From assembly GCA_964489085.1 (NCBI GenBank), contig CAZAXO010000003.1, positions 1-34,344 of the forward strand: a DNA stretch of 34,344 nt, read 5' to 3'. The stretch is from an uncultured Candidatus Bathyarchaeia archaeon. GTDB taxonomy: Archaea; Thermoproteota; Bathyarchaeia; 40CM-2-53-6; DTGE01. Position numbers and translations under genes: made by a program. The notes under the pieces are model-generated. The model was not told the DNA's origin and ran no database searches. It saw only the letters and a program-made list of their open reading frames with translations. Positions 8,497 through 18,592 of this stretch are shown piece by piece (within the stretch, counting starts at the first letter, position 1; the number at the start of each line of letters is the position of its first letter).

Positions 8497-8824
8497 TTAG
8501 CTAGCTCCAAAGATCAGTACTTGTCCTTTTTTTAAGAGCTATGAAACTTAACCCTGAATTGGTTGTCGTATCGACATTAACATAGGTTACATCAACTCCC
8601 TCATGTTTACGTTCTTTTAATAGAACTCTTCCTTACGCATCAAAACCAATTGCTCCGATGAAATCTGATTTTACTAAGTCGTGAGGCGCCAAAAGCTAGT
8701 TAGCAGTAGATCCTCCTCCAAAAGTTAGCTTGTCAGTTTTCGCCTCTTCATCCGCTTTCGGAAATTCGTCAACGAAGATTCGAGCATCCATTAAGACATG
8801 TTCAATAGTGACTAAATCTGACAA
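8497..8824 (-). pseudogene. Degraded PfkB/ribokinase-family sugar kinase, N-terminal fragment only
   Basis: Manual translation from TTG 8824: LSDLVTIEHVLMDARIFVDEFPKADEEAKTDKLTFGGGSTAN*...FIGAIGFDA*GRVLLKE..HEGVDVTYV. This matches the PfkB GGxxxN and FIGxxGxDxxG signature, with TAG/TAA stops and frameshifts. Confidence 0.8.
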
Positions 8825-8937
8825 GAAATCACATCTACTACTTATATTTAGCAATCTTATTTAATTTAGTATAGTGATTATTAAGTGTCGATAGAATGTA
8901 AACAGGCTTTTAAAGAAAAAGAATAAAGCCTAATAAT

Positions 8938-10296
8938 TCAGATCTCTTTCAGAGCTTGGCTATACGCTTTCTCTACAATTTCCTTAACTTTTTTCAATTG
9001 TTCTGATGTTTTACCTTCAAATCTTAACACGATAGCGGGTTCTGTATTTGAAGCTCGTATTAATGCCCAAGCATCTTCTAACTCAAGTCGAATTCCATCT
9101 ATAGTTATCAACTTATGGTCAGCTAGTACAAGCTGCTCCTTTATTCTTCTTATAACCTCAAACTTTTTTTCGTCAGAACATTTCCGTCTTTCTTCTGGGG
9201 TTGAAATATACCCTGGAAGGTTCTGAACAATCTCTGATAACTTTAATCCACTTTGTGAAAGGATGTCTATTATTCTATAAGCTGCAAATATACCGTCATC
9301 AAAGCCGTAATAGTCATCTGTAAAATAATAATGTCCACTGATCTCAGCAGCCATTGCCCCTTTTTCATTATGCAGGGCTTCCATAACATATGAGTGACCG
9401 ACTCGAGTCATCAAAGGTATTCCATTCAACGCTCGAATATATTCTGGAACCGCTTGTGATGTTGCAACATCGAAAAGTATCTTTTGTTCTCCTCCACGTT
9501 TTATCAGATCTTCTGCAAATATCATCATGGCTTTATCAGCATTCACAATGAATCCTTTTTCATCAACGAATCCAACTCGATCTCCATCTCCATCGAATGC
9601 AAGTCCAAGATCCGCTTTAAAGTCTATGACTCGCTTCTTCAAAGTTTTTAATGTTTCCTCCTTCAAAGGGTTAGGGATATGATTAGGAAATCGACCATCC
9701 GGTTCAGCGAAAAGCACATCAACTTTACAACCCTTCCGTCTTAACATTTCTCCAACAAATCCGCATGTTCCGTTACCCGCATCAATCACGACACGAATCT
9801 CCCTACCGAAATTGAATCTTTCATGAAGGTACTCTTCGTATATTGGTTTGATTTCTATTATTCTCTCCTTTCCCAGACAGCTCCAAGATTTTGATTTCAG
9901 GTTGTCTTCTGAGACTTGACTCTTTATATCTTCGATCCCTGACTTATACATAAGAGAGAATCCTTTTTCCCTACATAACTTGATTCCATTATATTCAGGA
10001 GGATTATGTGAAGCAGTTATCATACCTCCTCCATCCAGGTCAAGATGTGCTATCGAAAAGTAAAGTAATGGTGTAGGTTGCACACCTAACGATACTATAT
10101 CGCATCCTGACGCAAGTATTCCAGCCTTAAACATATGTTCCAGAACCGGGCTGCTCAACCTAACGTCTCTAGCCACAGATAACGTTGTATTCTCCCCAAT
10201 GAATCTTGCGAATGCAAGTCCAATAGTATAGCTTATCCTAGGAGACAGTTCCGTCTCATAAATTCCTCTGATATCATATGCTCTAAATATTTCCAA
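8938..10296 (-). CDS. Phosphomannomutase/phosphoglucomutase
   Basis: FRAYDIRG, TASHNP (catalytic Ser), FDGDGDR, EISGH, RASNTEP. Confidence 0.95.
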   Translation of the reverse strand: MEIFRAYDIRGIYETELSPRISYTIGLAFARFIGENTTLSVARDVRLSSPVLEHMFKAGILASGCDIVSLGVQPTPLLYFSIAHLDLDGGGMITASHNPPEYNGIKLCREKGFSLMYKSGIEDIKSQVSEDNLKSKSWSCLGKERIIEIKPIYEEYLHERFNFGREIRVVIDAGNGTCGFVGEMLRRKGCKVDVLFAEPDGRFPNHIPNPLKEETLKTLKKRVIDFKADLGLAFDGDGDRVGFVDEKGFIVNADKAMMIFAEDLIKRGGEQKILFDVATSQAVPEYIRALNGIPLMTRVGHSYVMEALHNEKGAMAAEISGHYYFTDDYYGFDDGIFAAYRIIDILSQSGLKLSEIVQNLPGYISTPEERRKCSDEKKFEVIRRIKEQLVLADHKLITIDGIRLELEDAWALIRASNTEPAIVLRFEGKTSEQLKKVKEIVEKAYSQALKEI

Positions 10297-10354
10297 GTAA
10301 ATTACTCCTTAGCTAGCTAGTTAAATGAAATTATTATAGTAATTGAGTTTGTAA

Positions 10355-10711
10355 CTATACTCTTCCATATTTGTCTTCATAACGAATAATATCGCTTTCA
10401 TCGAAATGACCGAATGATATCTCCAGTACTCTTGCATCATGATCAGAGTTGTTTATCAATCTGTGCTTAGTTCTTTTAGAGATAAATATCTGCTGGTAAC
10501 ATGTGAGACCTATTTTGTTATCAGCGATGTCTCCGATTAATCCTTTATCTAGTGTAACCCACATTTCATCACGTTGTTGATGTGATTGAAGACTCAGCTG
10601 CTGGTTAGGCTTTACCGTAATTATTTTAACCGTTGAGATTTCGTTAAAGGTGAACTGGTCGAAAAAACCCCAAGGTTTTTCGACATGTAGTGTATTAGCC
10701 ATGTTTAACAC
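10355..10711 (-). CDS. Stand-alone type II mannose-6-phosphate isomerase cupin (ManC C-terminal-like)
   Basis: KPWG, LSLQSHQQRDEMW, KHRL, EISFG..DE.DIIRYED.YGR. Confidence 0.88.
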   Translation of the reverse strand: MLNMANTLHVEKPWGFFDQFTFNEISTVKIITVKPNQQLSLQSHQQRDEMWVTLDKGLIGDIADNKIGLTCYQQIFISKRTKHRLINNSDHDARVLEISFGHFDESDIIRYEDKYGRV

Positions 10712-10745
10712 GACATATATTTCTTATCCCCTAGTTAAATGTACG

Positions 10746-10757
10746 ATTATAAAAGCT
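10746..10757 (-). promoter_or_regulatory. Putative TATA box for the cupin-PMM genes
   Basis: Minus strand AGCTTTTATAAT about 35 nt upstream of the 10711 start. Confidence 0.45.
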
Positions 10758-10945
10758 GGTTATGTAACTTAAACCTTTGGAAACGTTAACCTAATCTACA
10801 TTATGCTAGCTAACTAAAAAAAAGTATTGCATAACTTTCTTAGTCACTTCATGGCTGTTAGACCTTTTGATAAAGCTAGCTAAATGTTTCAACGACAGCT
10901 TAGTATCGGATTGTTGGCATAATTCAGTGCTCGAGAGACGCTTCT

Positions 10946-10956
10946 AAAAGTTTATA
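10946..10956 (+). promoter_or_regulatory. Putative BRE/TATA for the 11006 gene
   Basis: AAAAGTTTATA, followed by a GGGGAG RBS-like element before the TTG start. Confidence 0.45.
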
Positions 10957-11005
10957 GGTCAATGTTGAAATGAGTACTTGACTGAAAAATGGGGAGAAAT
11001 TTTCG

Positions 11006-11632
11006 TTGAGAAGTCTTAGCAAAACTGAAAGTAAATCTTTATCCTTGTTGACTCTTTTCATGGTATTCTTTATGATATTAATACCAAGTTTTCCTGTCGT
11101 CCCGTATGAAATTCCAATGGATGTCCATCTATTCATTTCTCCAAAGCTTGAATCGATACCAACAGGGATACTCGACGGTATAGAGGTGGCTACAGTTAAG
11201 GTCTCATTTTCTGCTGACTCTGAAATATGGCCTGCCTTTCAAGCCACGAGCCCCGAGATAGCTGTCCCTGTTTCTCTTTCATGTAGTGATGTTCCAGATG
11301 GCGTACAGGTACGCTTCGATCCAACCCCATTACTGATGCAGGTTAACCAAGAAGAATACAGGGTAGTCGGCTCAGGCGAATCTAGGATATATATCATCAC
11401 TGAAGATTCCGCCCAATTAGGAAAGTATGATTTAGAGATAGTAGCTACTTGTATAGTGAATGAAACCATACTATTCCAAGTCCAAGACATATTCTATCTC
11501 AGTATTGAACCTGAAATCTCCTCAACCTCCATGATTGAATATACATCAATAGGGATCATAGCAGTAGTTGTGATAATAGCTGTCATAATTATGCTATTAA
11601 TTCGTATAAAACCAAAGCCCAAACCTCTTTGA
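11006..11632 (+). CDS. Membrane-anchored protein with one Ig-like domain
   Basis: N-terminal hydrophobic helix; VSLSCSDVPDGVQVRFDP...GKYDLEIVAT beta domain; C-terminal TM plus basic tail. Confidence 0.7.
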   Translation: MRSLSKTESKSLSLLTLFMVFFMILIPSFPVVPYEIPMDVHLFISPKLESIPTGILDGIEVATVKVSFSADSEIWPAFQATSPEIAVPVSLSCSDVPDGVQVRFDPTPLLMQVNQEEYRVVGSGESRIYIITEDSAQLGKYDLEIVATCIVNETILFQVQDIFYLSIEPEISSTSMIEYTSIGIIAVVVIIAVIIMLLIRIKPKPKPL

Positions 11633-11775
11633 GTAGCCATATTTGGCGTTATAGATATCCGCAATAGAATCGACAAGATGAAAAATAAGCTGGAGATGAC
11701 TATAGGAAATTAAGCATTTTAGGATCTCTCCATATTGGCTCAAATTACTTGGAATGTAAGATGGGGTAAAGTAAA

Positions 11776-11792
11776 CTGATAAAAGTTATCAG
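11776..11792. promoter_or_regulatory. Perfect 7-3-7 inverted repeat upstream of the H+-ATPase
   Basis: CTGATAA-AAG-TTATCAG ending just before the AAGGAG RBS. Confidence 0.45.
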
Positions 11793-11808
11793 ATGAGAAG
11801 GAGATAAT

Positions 11809-14256
11809 TTGGCTCAGAGTATTATTAGCATGGAAGAGGCGAAAAAGGCCCCTATTAGTGAGCTGTTGCAGAAGCTTTCATCAAGTGAGAAAGGACTCTC
11901 TACTTCGGATGTCGATATGAGGCTGCAACAGTACGGGTATAATGAAATAGCTGAAAAAAAAATTAATCCGATCATTAAATTTCTAAAGTATTTCTGGGGA
12001 CCAATTCCATGGATGATCGAGACCGCCCTTATTCTCTCAGTTATAATCCATCATTGGGAAGATTTTTGGATAATATCTGCTTTATTAATGTTAAATGCTG
12101 TGGTTGGTTTCTGGCAGGAGAAAAAGGCGGATAACGCCATTGAACTTTTAAAACAGAAACTCGCCCTCGCAACGCGAGTACTTCGTAACGGCGAGTGGAG
12201 TGAAGTGCCTGCTAGAGAACTTGTCCCCGGAGATATAGTACGTATACGTCTGGGCAATATTATCCCTGCTGATGTTAAACTCGTAAGTGAAGATTATCTA
12301 TTGGTGGATGAATCCGCGTTAACCGGTGAATCTCTACCGGTGGAAAAGCATGTATCCGATATAGCCTACTCTAGTTCGATAGCTCGGCAAGGAGAAATGA
12401 ATGGACTTGTCGTCGCGACGGGGATGAACAGCTACTTCGGTAAAACTGTTAAGCTAGTGGAAGAGGCTGAAACACGGAGCCACCTACAAAAAGCGATAAT
12501 TAAAATAGGTGACTATTTAATAGGTCTTGCAGCAGCCTTAGTCACCGTTATTTTTTTGGTTGGATTGTATCGGTCTGAGAATCTGCTCGATATCCTCCGG
12601 TTCGCACTCGTTTTAACTGTCGCATCAATTCCAGTAGCGTTGCCAGCGGTATTATCGGTTACCATGGCTATCGGAGCAACAGCATTAGCTAAAAAGGAAG
12701 CTATTGTCAGTAAACTGGCTGCCATTGAGGAAATGGCCAGTATAGATATCCTCTGTTCAGATAAGACAGGCACTATTACCAAAAACGCTCTAACGATAGC
12801 TCAGGTGAATGCCTTCGAAGGATTCACCGATAACGATGTGCTGTTGATGGCTACACTCGCATCGAAAGAAGAAGACCCAGATCCCATCGATGAGGCTATT
12901 ATCGCAAAGGCTAAAACCTGTGAATCCATCGTCGCGATGTTAGGTCAGTACAAGACTGTTATGTTTAAGCCGTTTGATCCCATTGTAAAACGTACAGAAG
13001 CCACTGTTAAAGATGCTAACGATAAGATATTTACAGTAGCGAAGGGTGCCCCTCAGGCTATTCTATCACTTGTCGCTGATACTCATGCTCTCAATACACG
13101 TGTAGAGGAGGGAGTGGAGGCTTTCGCCTCTAAGGGGTACCGTGCTCTCGGTGTGGCAAAGACGGATAGAGCGGGGAACTGGAGATATGTCGGCCTCATC
13201 CCTCTCTACGATCCTCCACGTGAAGACTCAGCGGAAACCATTACAACAGCACAATCTATGGGGGTGAAGGTGAAAATGGTGACCGGTGACCACGCTGCTA
13301 TTGCCCGAGAAATCTCATCTCAAGTGAATCTGGGTTCAAATATTATGCTTGCAGATTCTTTTATCGATAAATCTGATAGGGAAGCTCAGACTATCGTTGA
13401 AGAAGCAGACGGCTTTGCTCAAGTCTTTCCTGAGCATAAATATCATATTGTCGAGCTGCTCCAAGGGAAAGGTCATATCGTTGGCATGACGGGGGATGGA
13501 GTTAATGATGCGCCAGCTTTGAAGAAGGCTGATGCGGGGATAGCAGTTGAAGGTGCCACCGACGCTGCGAAATCTGCTGCTGACATCGTTCTCACTAAGC
13601 CTGGACTCTGCGTCATCATTGATGCTCTTAAGGAGAGTCGCAAAATATTCCAGAGAATGACCAATTACTCCATTTATCGTATTGCTGAGACGATTAGGGT
13701 ATTATTGTTTATCACTGTATCGATTATCGTTTTTCGATTTTATCCTGTTACTGCTCTTATGATTGTTTTACTAGCATTATTGAATGATGCTCCTATTATG
13801 ACGATTGCCTATGATACTGTTAAGTATTCAGATAAACCGGATAAATGGAGTATGGTGTCATTACTGGGGCTCGCTACAGTACTGGGAGTTATCGGAGTTT
13901 TCTCATCCTTTGGGATTCTCTATGTTGGGCAGGAGATCTTTCATCTGAATCGTGAGGTTCTCCAGTCATTCATCTATCTGAAGCTTTCTGTCGCGGGCCA
14001 TTTAACAGTCTTTGTTGCGCGAACAAAGAATCATTTCTGGTCGATTAAACCTTCAACGCCTCTATTAGTAGCGGTGATAGTAACGCAGTTGATTGCCACG
14101 TTAATTACTGTCTATGGATTTCTGCTACCTGCTATGGGGTGGAGATTAGCCTTTTTCGTCTGGGCGTATGCTCTCATTATGTTTTTAATAACAGATATTA
14201 TCAAGGTTCACGCTGCAAAAGTTCTAGATCATAGTGATATACGATTTCATAGATAA
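11809..14256 (+). CDS. Plasma-membrane proton-efflux P-type ATPase (P3A)
   Basis: FWGPIPWMIE, TGES, IPVALP, LCSDKTGT, KGAP, FAQVFPEHKY, GDGVNDAP, ALLND (TM6 Asp). Confidence 0.93.
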   Translation: MAQSIISMEEAKKAPISELLQKLSSSEKGLSTSDVDMRLQQYGYNEIAEKKINPIIKFLKYFWGPIPWMIETALILSVIIHHWEDFWIISALLMLNAVVGFWQEKKADNAIELLKQKLALATRVLRNGEWSEVPARELVPGDIVRIRLGNIIPADVKLVSEDYLLVDESALTGESLPVEKHVSDIAYSSSIARQGEMNGLVVATGMNSYFGKTVKLVEEAETRSHLQKAIIKIGDYLIGLAAALVTVIFLVGLYRSENLLDILRFALVLTVASIPVALPAVLSVTMAIGATALAKKEAIVSKLAAIEEMASIDILCSDKTGTITKNALTIAQVNAFEGFTDNDVLLMATLASKEEDPDPIDEAIIAKAKTCESIVAMLGQYKTVMFKPFDPIVKRTEATVKDANDKIFTVAKGAPQAILSLVADTHALNTRVEEGVEAFASKGYRALGVAKTDRAGNWRYVGLIPLYDPPREDSAETITTAQSMGVKVKMVTGDHAAIAREISSQVNLGSNIMLADSFIDKSDREAQTIVEEADGFAQVFPEHKYHIVELLQGKGHIVGMTGDGVNDAPALKKADAGIAVEGATDAAKSAADIVLTKPGLCVIIDALKESRKIFQRMTNYSIYRIAETIRVLLFITVSIIVFRFYPVTALMIVLLALLNDAPIMTIAYDTVKYSDKPDKWSMVSLLGLATVLGVIGVFSSFGILYVGQEIFHLNREVLQSFIYLKLSVAGHLTVFVARTKNHFWSIKPSTPLLVAVIVTQLIATLITVYGFLLPAMGWRLAFFVWAYALIMFLITDIIKVHAAKVLDHSDIRFHR

Positions 14257-14337
14257 CAGGGTAACGAACGGAAAATGTTATAAAAAGAAGCAATATATTG
14301 ATAAATTTTATAGTCTACAACAATTATACCATATAAC

Positions 14338-14634
14338 TTGAAGAAGATGTATGCAATAATCGGAGAAATAAAAATAGATTCATCAGCACTCAATTATGTG
14401 TATCACTCAAGTGATGGTCATCTGCACATCGATGGAAAAGATATTGAAGAAAAAGGAAAAAGACTTCATCAAAAGTTAAGGAAAATTAAAGTAGGTGATA
14501 TTAAAGAATTCTCTTGTGAAGATAACGTAGGTCAAAATTATTACGGAAATGCTGAAGTTCAAAAAATAGAACTAAATACGGAAACTATTGGTCAAAATAC
14601 TATTTATAAATTTTTACTTGAAATGCAAGCTTGA
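14338..14634 (+). CDS. Hypothetical protein
   Basis: 98-aa ORF filling the gap between convergent ATPases; AT-rich; no motif recognised. Confidence 0.55.
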   Translation: MKKMYAIIGEIKIDSSALNYVYHSSDGHLHIDGKDIEEKGKRLHQKLRKIKVGDIKEFSCEDNVGQNYYGNAEVQKIELNTETIGQNTIYKFLLEMQA

Positions 14635-14653
14635 AGTTAGCTAGCTGCGGCTT

Positions 14654-17194
14654 CTAATTTTTTACTAATTTTATTACCACTTTTGTTATTATTATAGCTG
14701 TAATATAACCCACAATTATTCCAACTAGAAGAATAATCCACTCATATAAACCCAAAGGTACTATATGAAAGAATTCACTCAAAGGCGTATAGATAATTGT
14801 TAATTGTAATAAAACTGAGCCAATTAAAGCAATAAGAAGCCATTTATTTGAAAACCAGCTTAGTTTTTCTTGATATCGTATACTAGCAATTCTGACAAAT
14901 TCATAAAGAATGAATCCTGTAAATAAAGTACTCCTAGCTGCTTCTATACCTAAAGGTAAAACAAAGAAGAATGTAGCAAATAAAACAATCGTCTTTTTAA
15001 TACCAATTGTTCCGATTAGCCAGCCTAATTGTTTATTGATTATTGGCTCTCCTTTTTTTCTTGGGGGTCGACGCATAATGTCTGGTCTTGCAGGATCAAC
15101 GCCTAAAGCAAGAGCAGGCAAGCCATCTGTTAGTAAATTAATCCATAACAAGTGTACAGGTAGGAGTATAGGCTCTTTGAGTGTTAAAAATAAAGTAGCT
15201 AAAAACAATACTCCTACTTCTGCAAAATTGCATACAAAGAGATAGTTAACAAATTTTCTTATGTTATCAAAAATTCTTCGTCCTTCTTTTATTGTAGTTG
15301 TTATTGTTGCAAAATTGTCATCAAGTAAGATTACATCACTAGCTTCTTTAGCTACCCCGGTTCCTCTAATTCCCATAGCTAATCCAACATCTGCTTTTTT
15401 TAAGGCTAAAGCATCATTAACACCATCTCCTGTCATTGCTACCCTATTATCCTTCTTTAAAATCTCGAGGATGCGTAACTTATGAAATGGAGAAATTCGT
15501 GCAAAAATATTTACTCTTGAATTTAATTTCTCTTCAAGCTCTTCATCACTAAGTTCTTCTAAATAGTTGCCTTCTAGAACTTCACTTTTTAAACCTATCT
15601 CACTTGCTATGGCCTTAGCAGTTGAAGGATTATCACCCGTTAGCATAATAACTCTTATCCCAGCTGTACTACAATCAGTCAAAGCCTGTCCAACTTTTGG
15701 TCTAGGAGGGTCTATCATTGCTTGTAAACCTAACCAAACTAAATTCCTTTCGATATTTTTGTTAGGATTTTTTGTATCTTTGAAAGCAAAACCTAAAACC
15801 CTTAGAGCGTGAGAAGCAAACTCTCTATTCTGTTTTAAAATTCTTTTCTTTGCTGCTTTGCTGAATCCTATAGTTTTTTCGTCATGATAAATCCTATTGC
15901 AGTTTTCTATCAGAACTTCAGGGGCTCCTTTTGAATATACAAAATACTTATTTAAATTGTCATTTTTATAAACAACACTCATCATTTTTCTTTTAGATGT
16001 AAAAGAAATTTCATTTATTCTTTTATATTCTTTTTCCAAATTTTCTTTTACAAATCCAGATTTGTCTGAAATTTTTCTTAAGGCAACTTCTGTTTGATCC
16101 CCAAAATATTTTCTATTTCCTTCTTCATCATATCCTATATTAGAGTTGTTGCATAATGCCCCACAAACAAGAAGATGATCCATCTTGGCAATACTTGTCC
16201 TATCAATTTTAGAAACGTCAAAAACATTATTGCTGAAAAAGAATCTGGTTACTGTCATTTCATTTTTTGTTAAAGTTCCTGTTTTATCTGTGCAAACAAT
16301 GTCTACAGCCCCTGCTGACTCGGTTACAGCTAATCTTCTTATCAATGCATTCTTCTTTGACATCACCTTTGCTGCAACAGCAAGAGTTAGTACTACAACT
16401 GCTGGCAAGCCCTCTGGTATTGCTGCAACAGCTAAAGAAATGGCTGTTAGAAATGAAAGATATAAACTATATTTTAAAAGACTGACAAACATTACTATTG
16501 CTATTATACTTATTATCGCGAAAGAAATCTTCTTGCTGAATTTAGCTATTTCAACCTGAAACGGTGTTTTTTCTTCTCCCATTGTTTGAAGCTTTTCTGC
16601 CATACTTCCAACTTTTGTTTGCATCCCTGTCTTTGTAACTAAAGCTTTCGCATTACCAATAGTAACGAAAGTATTCATAAAAATTTCATCAGATACCTTT
16701 TTCTCGACGGACTTAGACTCTCCTGTTAAAATAGATTCATCAATTTTGAGACTAAAACATTCAATTAGTTTAGCATCTGCAGGAACCATATCTCCAGATT
16801 CAAGCAAAATTAAATCTCCAGAAACAATTTCTGTTACCTTTATCTCCTTTTCTTTCTCATCCCTGACAACTTTTGTTTTAGGGACAGCAATTTTTTGAAG
16901 AGCTTCTATTGTTTTTTCAGATTTATATTCCTGAAGGAAGCCAGAAATTCCAGATGCAAAAACTATCAATAAAATTAAAATTGTATCGATAATATTGACT
17001 TCCTGTTCTGGAAGGAAACCAATTGCCCACGAGATTATAGCTACCACAATCAGAATTAAAATCAATGGAGAGGTAAATTGAGATATAAATATCTTTATTG
17101 GACTTATCTTATAGACTCTCTCTATTTCATTTCTTCCATATTTTTCCAGCCTTTTTCTTGCTTCTTTGTTTGTTAATCCAAATTCACCTGGCAT
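14654..17194 (-). CDS. Cation-transporting P-type ATPase, P2A (Ca2+-type)
   Basis: TGES, AVAAIPEGLP, CTDKTGTLT, FTSKRKMMS, KGAPE, GDGVNDA, LWINLLTDGLPALALG. Confidence 0.93.
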   Translation of the reverse strand: MPGEFGLTNKEARKRLEKYGRNEIERVYKISPIKIFISQFTSPLILILIVVAIISWAIGFLPEQEVNIIDTILILLIVFASGISGFLQEYKSEKTIEALQKIAVPKTKVVRDEKEKEIKVTEIVSGDLILLESGDMVPADAKLIECFSLKIDESILTGESKSVEKKVSDEIFMNTFVTIGNAKALVTKTGMQTKVGSMAEKLQTMGEEKTPFQVEIAKFSKKISFAIISIIAIVMFVSLLKYSLYLSFLTAISLAVAAIPEGLPAVVVLTLAVAAKVMSKKNALIRRLAVTESAGAVDIVCTDKTGTLTKNEMTVTRFFFSNNVFDVSKIDRTSIAKMDHLLVCGALCNNSNIGYDEEGNRKYFGDQTEVALRKISDKSGFVKENLEKEYKRINEISFTSKRKMMSVVYKNDNLNKYFVYSKGAPEVLIENCNRIYHDEKTIGFSKAAKKRILKQNREFASHALRVLGFAFKDTKNPNKNIERNLVWLGLQAMIDPPRPKVGQALTDCSTAGIRVIMLTGDNPSTAKAIASEIGLKSEVLEGNYLEELSDEELEEKLNSRVNIFARISPFHKLRILEILKKDNRVAMTGDGVNDALALKKADVGLAMGIRGTGVAKEASDVILLDDNFATITTTIKEGRRIFDNIRKFVNYLFVCNFAEVGVLFLATLFLTLKEPILLPVHLLWINLLTDGLPALALGVDPARPDIMRRPPRKKGEPIINKQLGWLIGTIGIKKTIVLFATFFFVLPLGIEAARSTLFTGFILYEFVRIASIRYQEKLSWFSNKWLLIALIGSVLLQLTIIYTPLSEFFHIVPLGLYEWIILLVGIIVGYITAIIITKVVIKLVKN

Positions 17195-17203
17195 CTTAAT
17201 TCC

Positions 17204-18373
17204 TCATTGATGAGTTTTACCTAATTTCCATCTATCAAGCAAATTTGAAAATAAAACTGGAACTATAACTGTGAATATGATGCTGGAGGCTATTATAATC
17301 GAATATAAATCAATATCGATTAAAGAATTTTCAAATAATATTTTTACAATAATTAAACTCGTGCTAAATCTTATTGAAAGTCCAATGCCTAGCAAAATTG
17401 ATTCTCTTCTTCTAAGCTCATTTCTACTTATAATCCAGCTTCCTAAGATTTTTACACCCGCAGATACTCCAACAATTAAAAGAATAAAGAAAGGGTAGGA
17501 AACAAGATAGCTTATGTTCATTGTCGTCCCAATCCACAAGAAAAACATTGGTGCAAAAAATCCGTAACACACGGTTTTTACTTCACTTTCAATTGTTTTA
17601 AGCCTCTTTTCGGGTAAAAATGTTTTCAAAGCAACTCCGGAAAGTAAAGCGGCGATTGCGGTGGCGTACGTGTATTCTCCGATTCCCAAGAATAAAAATA
17701 AAATAAAGAGTGTAAAAATAAACAAGTTTTCAATGCCCAGAAAAGCAAATTTGTTTCCTTCTTCCCTGAATTTTGTTAATCCAAAAGCTAAGCCAAACAA
17801 AATAAAAAGAGAAATTAAAGTAAAAACTATGTTTAAATGATGCACAGAACAGCTAGTGCAGATTAGAATCATTAACACTATTAAAGTGAAAATTTCTATA
17901 ATATCATCCAAGGTTCCTATCCCTATTATGCTCTGTCCTAATTTTGAATTAACTAACTTAAATTCATCCAGAATAGGAATGAGAATCGCCTCGCCAACTG
18001 TAGCAAAAGAGAGCGCTACAACAAAAGAGATAAACAAGCCATACCCAAAAACAAAATGAACTAAAAGAGTCCCAAAAAAACCTTCAAATAAAATTATGAA
18101 AAAAGTTGCTTTGAAGATGAACTTTCCCTGTTTTTTCAATTTATTCAAATCAATTTCAAAACCTATGATAAAAAGCAAGAAATACATCCCAAGTTGGGCT
18201 AAAAAGATGACTTCTGGTGAAGAAGTAACAGAAGTAAAAGGATTGTATATTGCAAGTAAAAAACCTAAAATTAAAGCAGCAAAAATCCAGGGAATTTTTA
18301 TTCTTTCTATTAATCTTCCAACTATAAAAGTAAAAAAGAATACAAGAGCAATGAACAAAAAAAGATTTATCAT
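17204..18373 (-). CDS. Cation:proton antiporter (CPA2/KefB-like)
   Basis: About 12 TM helices; LLFIIGFEID, GIGTLDDIIE, FFAPMFFLWIG; 9 nt upstream of the P2A ATPase start. Confidence 0.88.
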   Translation of the reverse strand: MINLFLFIALVFFFTFIVGRLIERIKIPWIFAALILGFLLAIYNPFTSVTSSPEVIFLAQLGMYFLLFIIGFEIDLNKLKKQGKFIFKATFFIILFEGFFGTLLVHFVFGYGLFISFVVALSFATVGEAILIPILDEFKLVNSKLGQSIIGIGTLDDIIEIFTLIVLMILICTSCSVHHLNIVFTLISLFILFGLAFGLTKFREEGNKFAFLGIENLFIFTLFILFLFLGIGEYTYATAIAALLSGVALKTFLPEKRLKTIESEVKTVCYGFFAPMFFLWIGTTMNISYLVSYPFFILLIVGVSAGVKILGSWIISRNELRRRESILLGIGLSIRFSTSLIIVKILFENSLIDIDLYSIIIASSIIFTVIVPVLFSNLLDRWKLGKTHQ

Positions 18374-18537
18374 AATTACTGCATCTCATACTCATAAATA
18401 GAATATTTTTTCCTTGTTTCAGCTTTCTTTAATGTCCTTGTTAAATCTTCTTTTAGTCAAGAATCTCTAATTCTTTCCAAAACCCTGGACTAATTTATTT
18501 TTTTTCTCAATTCTGTTTAAAAAATAATAATCACCAA

Positions 18538-18592
18538 TGGTGCGTGCAAGGACAATCGAAATCCTCAAAAAAGGAAACGCCACACTGCGCTC
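18538..18592 (-). other. tRNA-like element: T-arm, acceptor strand and CCA, with no anticodon arm
   Basis: Minus strand GAGCGCA...AGGAT TTCGATT GTCCT TGCACGC A CCA; 5-bp T-stem (one T:G) with a 7-nt TTCGA loop; GAGCGCA pairs 5/7 with TGCACGC. Confidence 0.55.

Noticed and set aside
8497-8824. Pyrrolysine-type readthrough of the TAG in the PfkB fragment
   Set aside because: The fragment also has a TAA, frameshifts and truncation, so decay is the simpler explanation.
18376-18510. Possible C-terminal gene remnant (...KEDLTRTLKKAETRKKYSIYEYEMQ*) ending 2 nt before the antiporter start
   Set aside because: Short, interrupted and not assignable to a family without a search.
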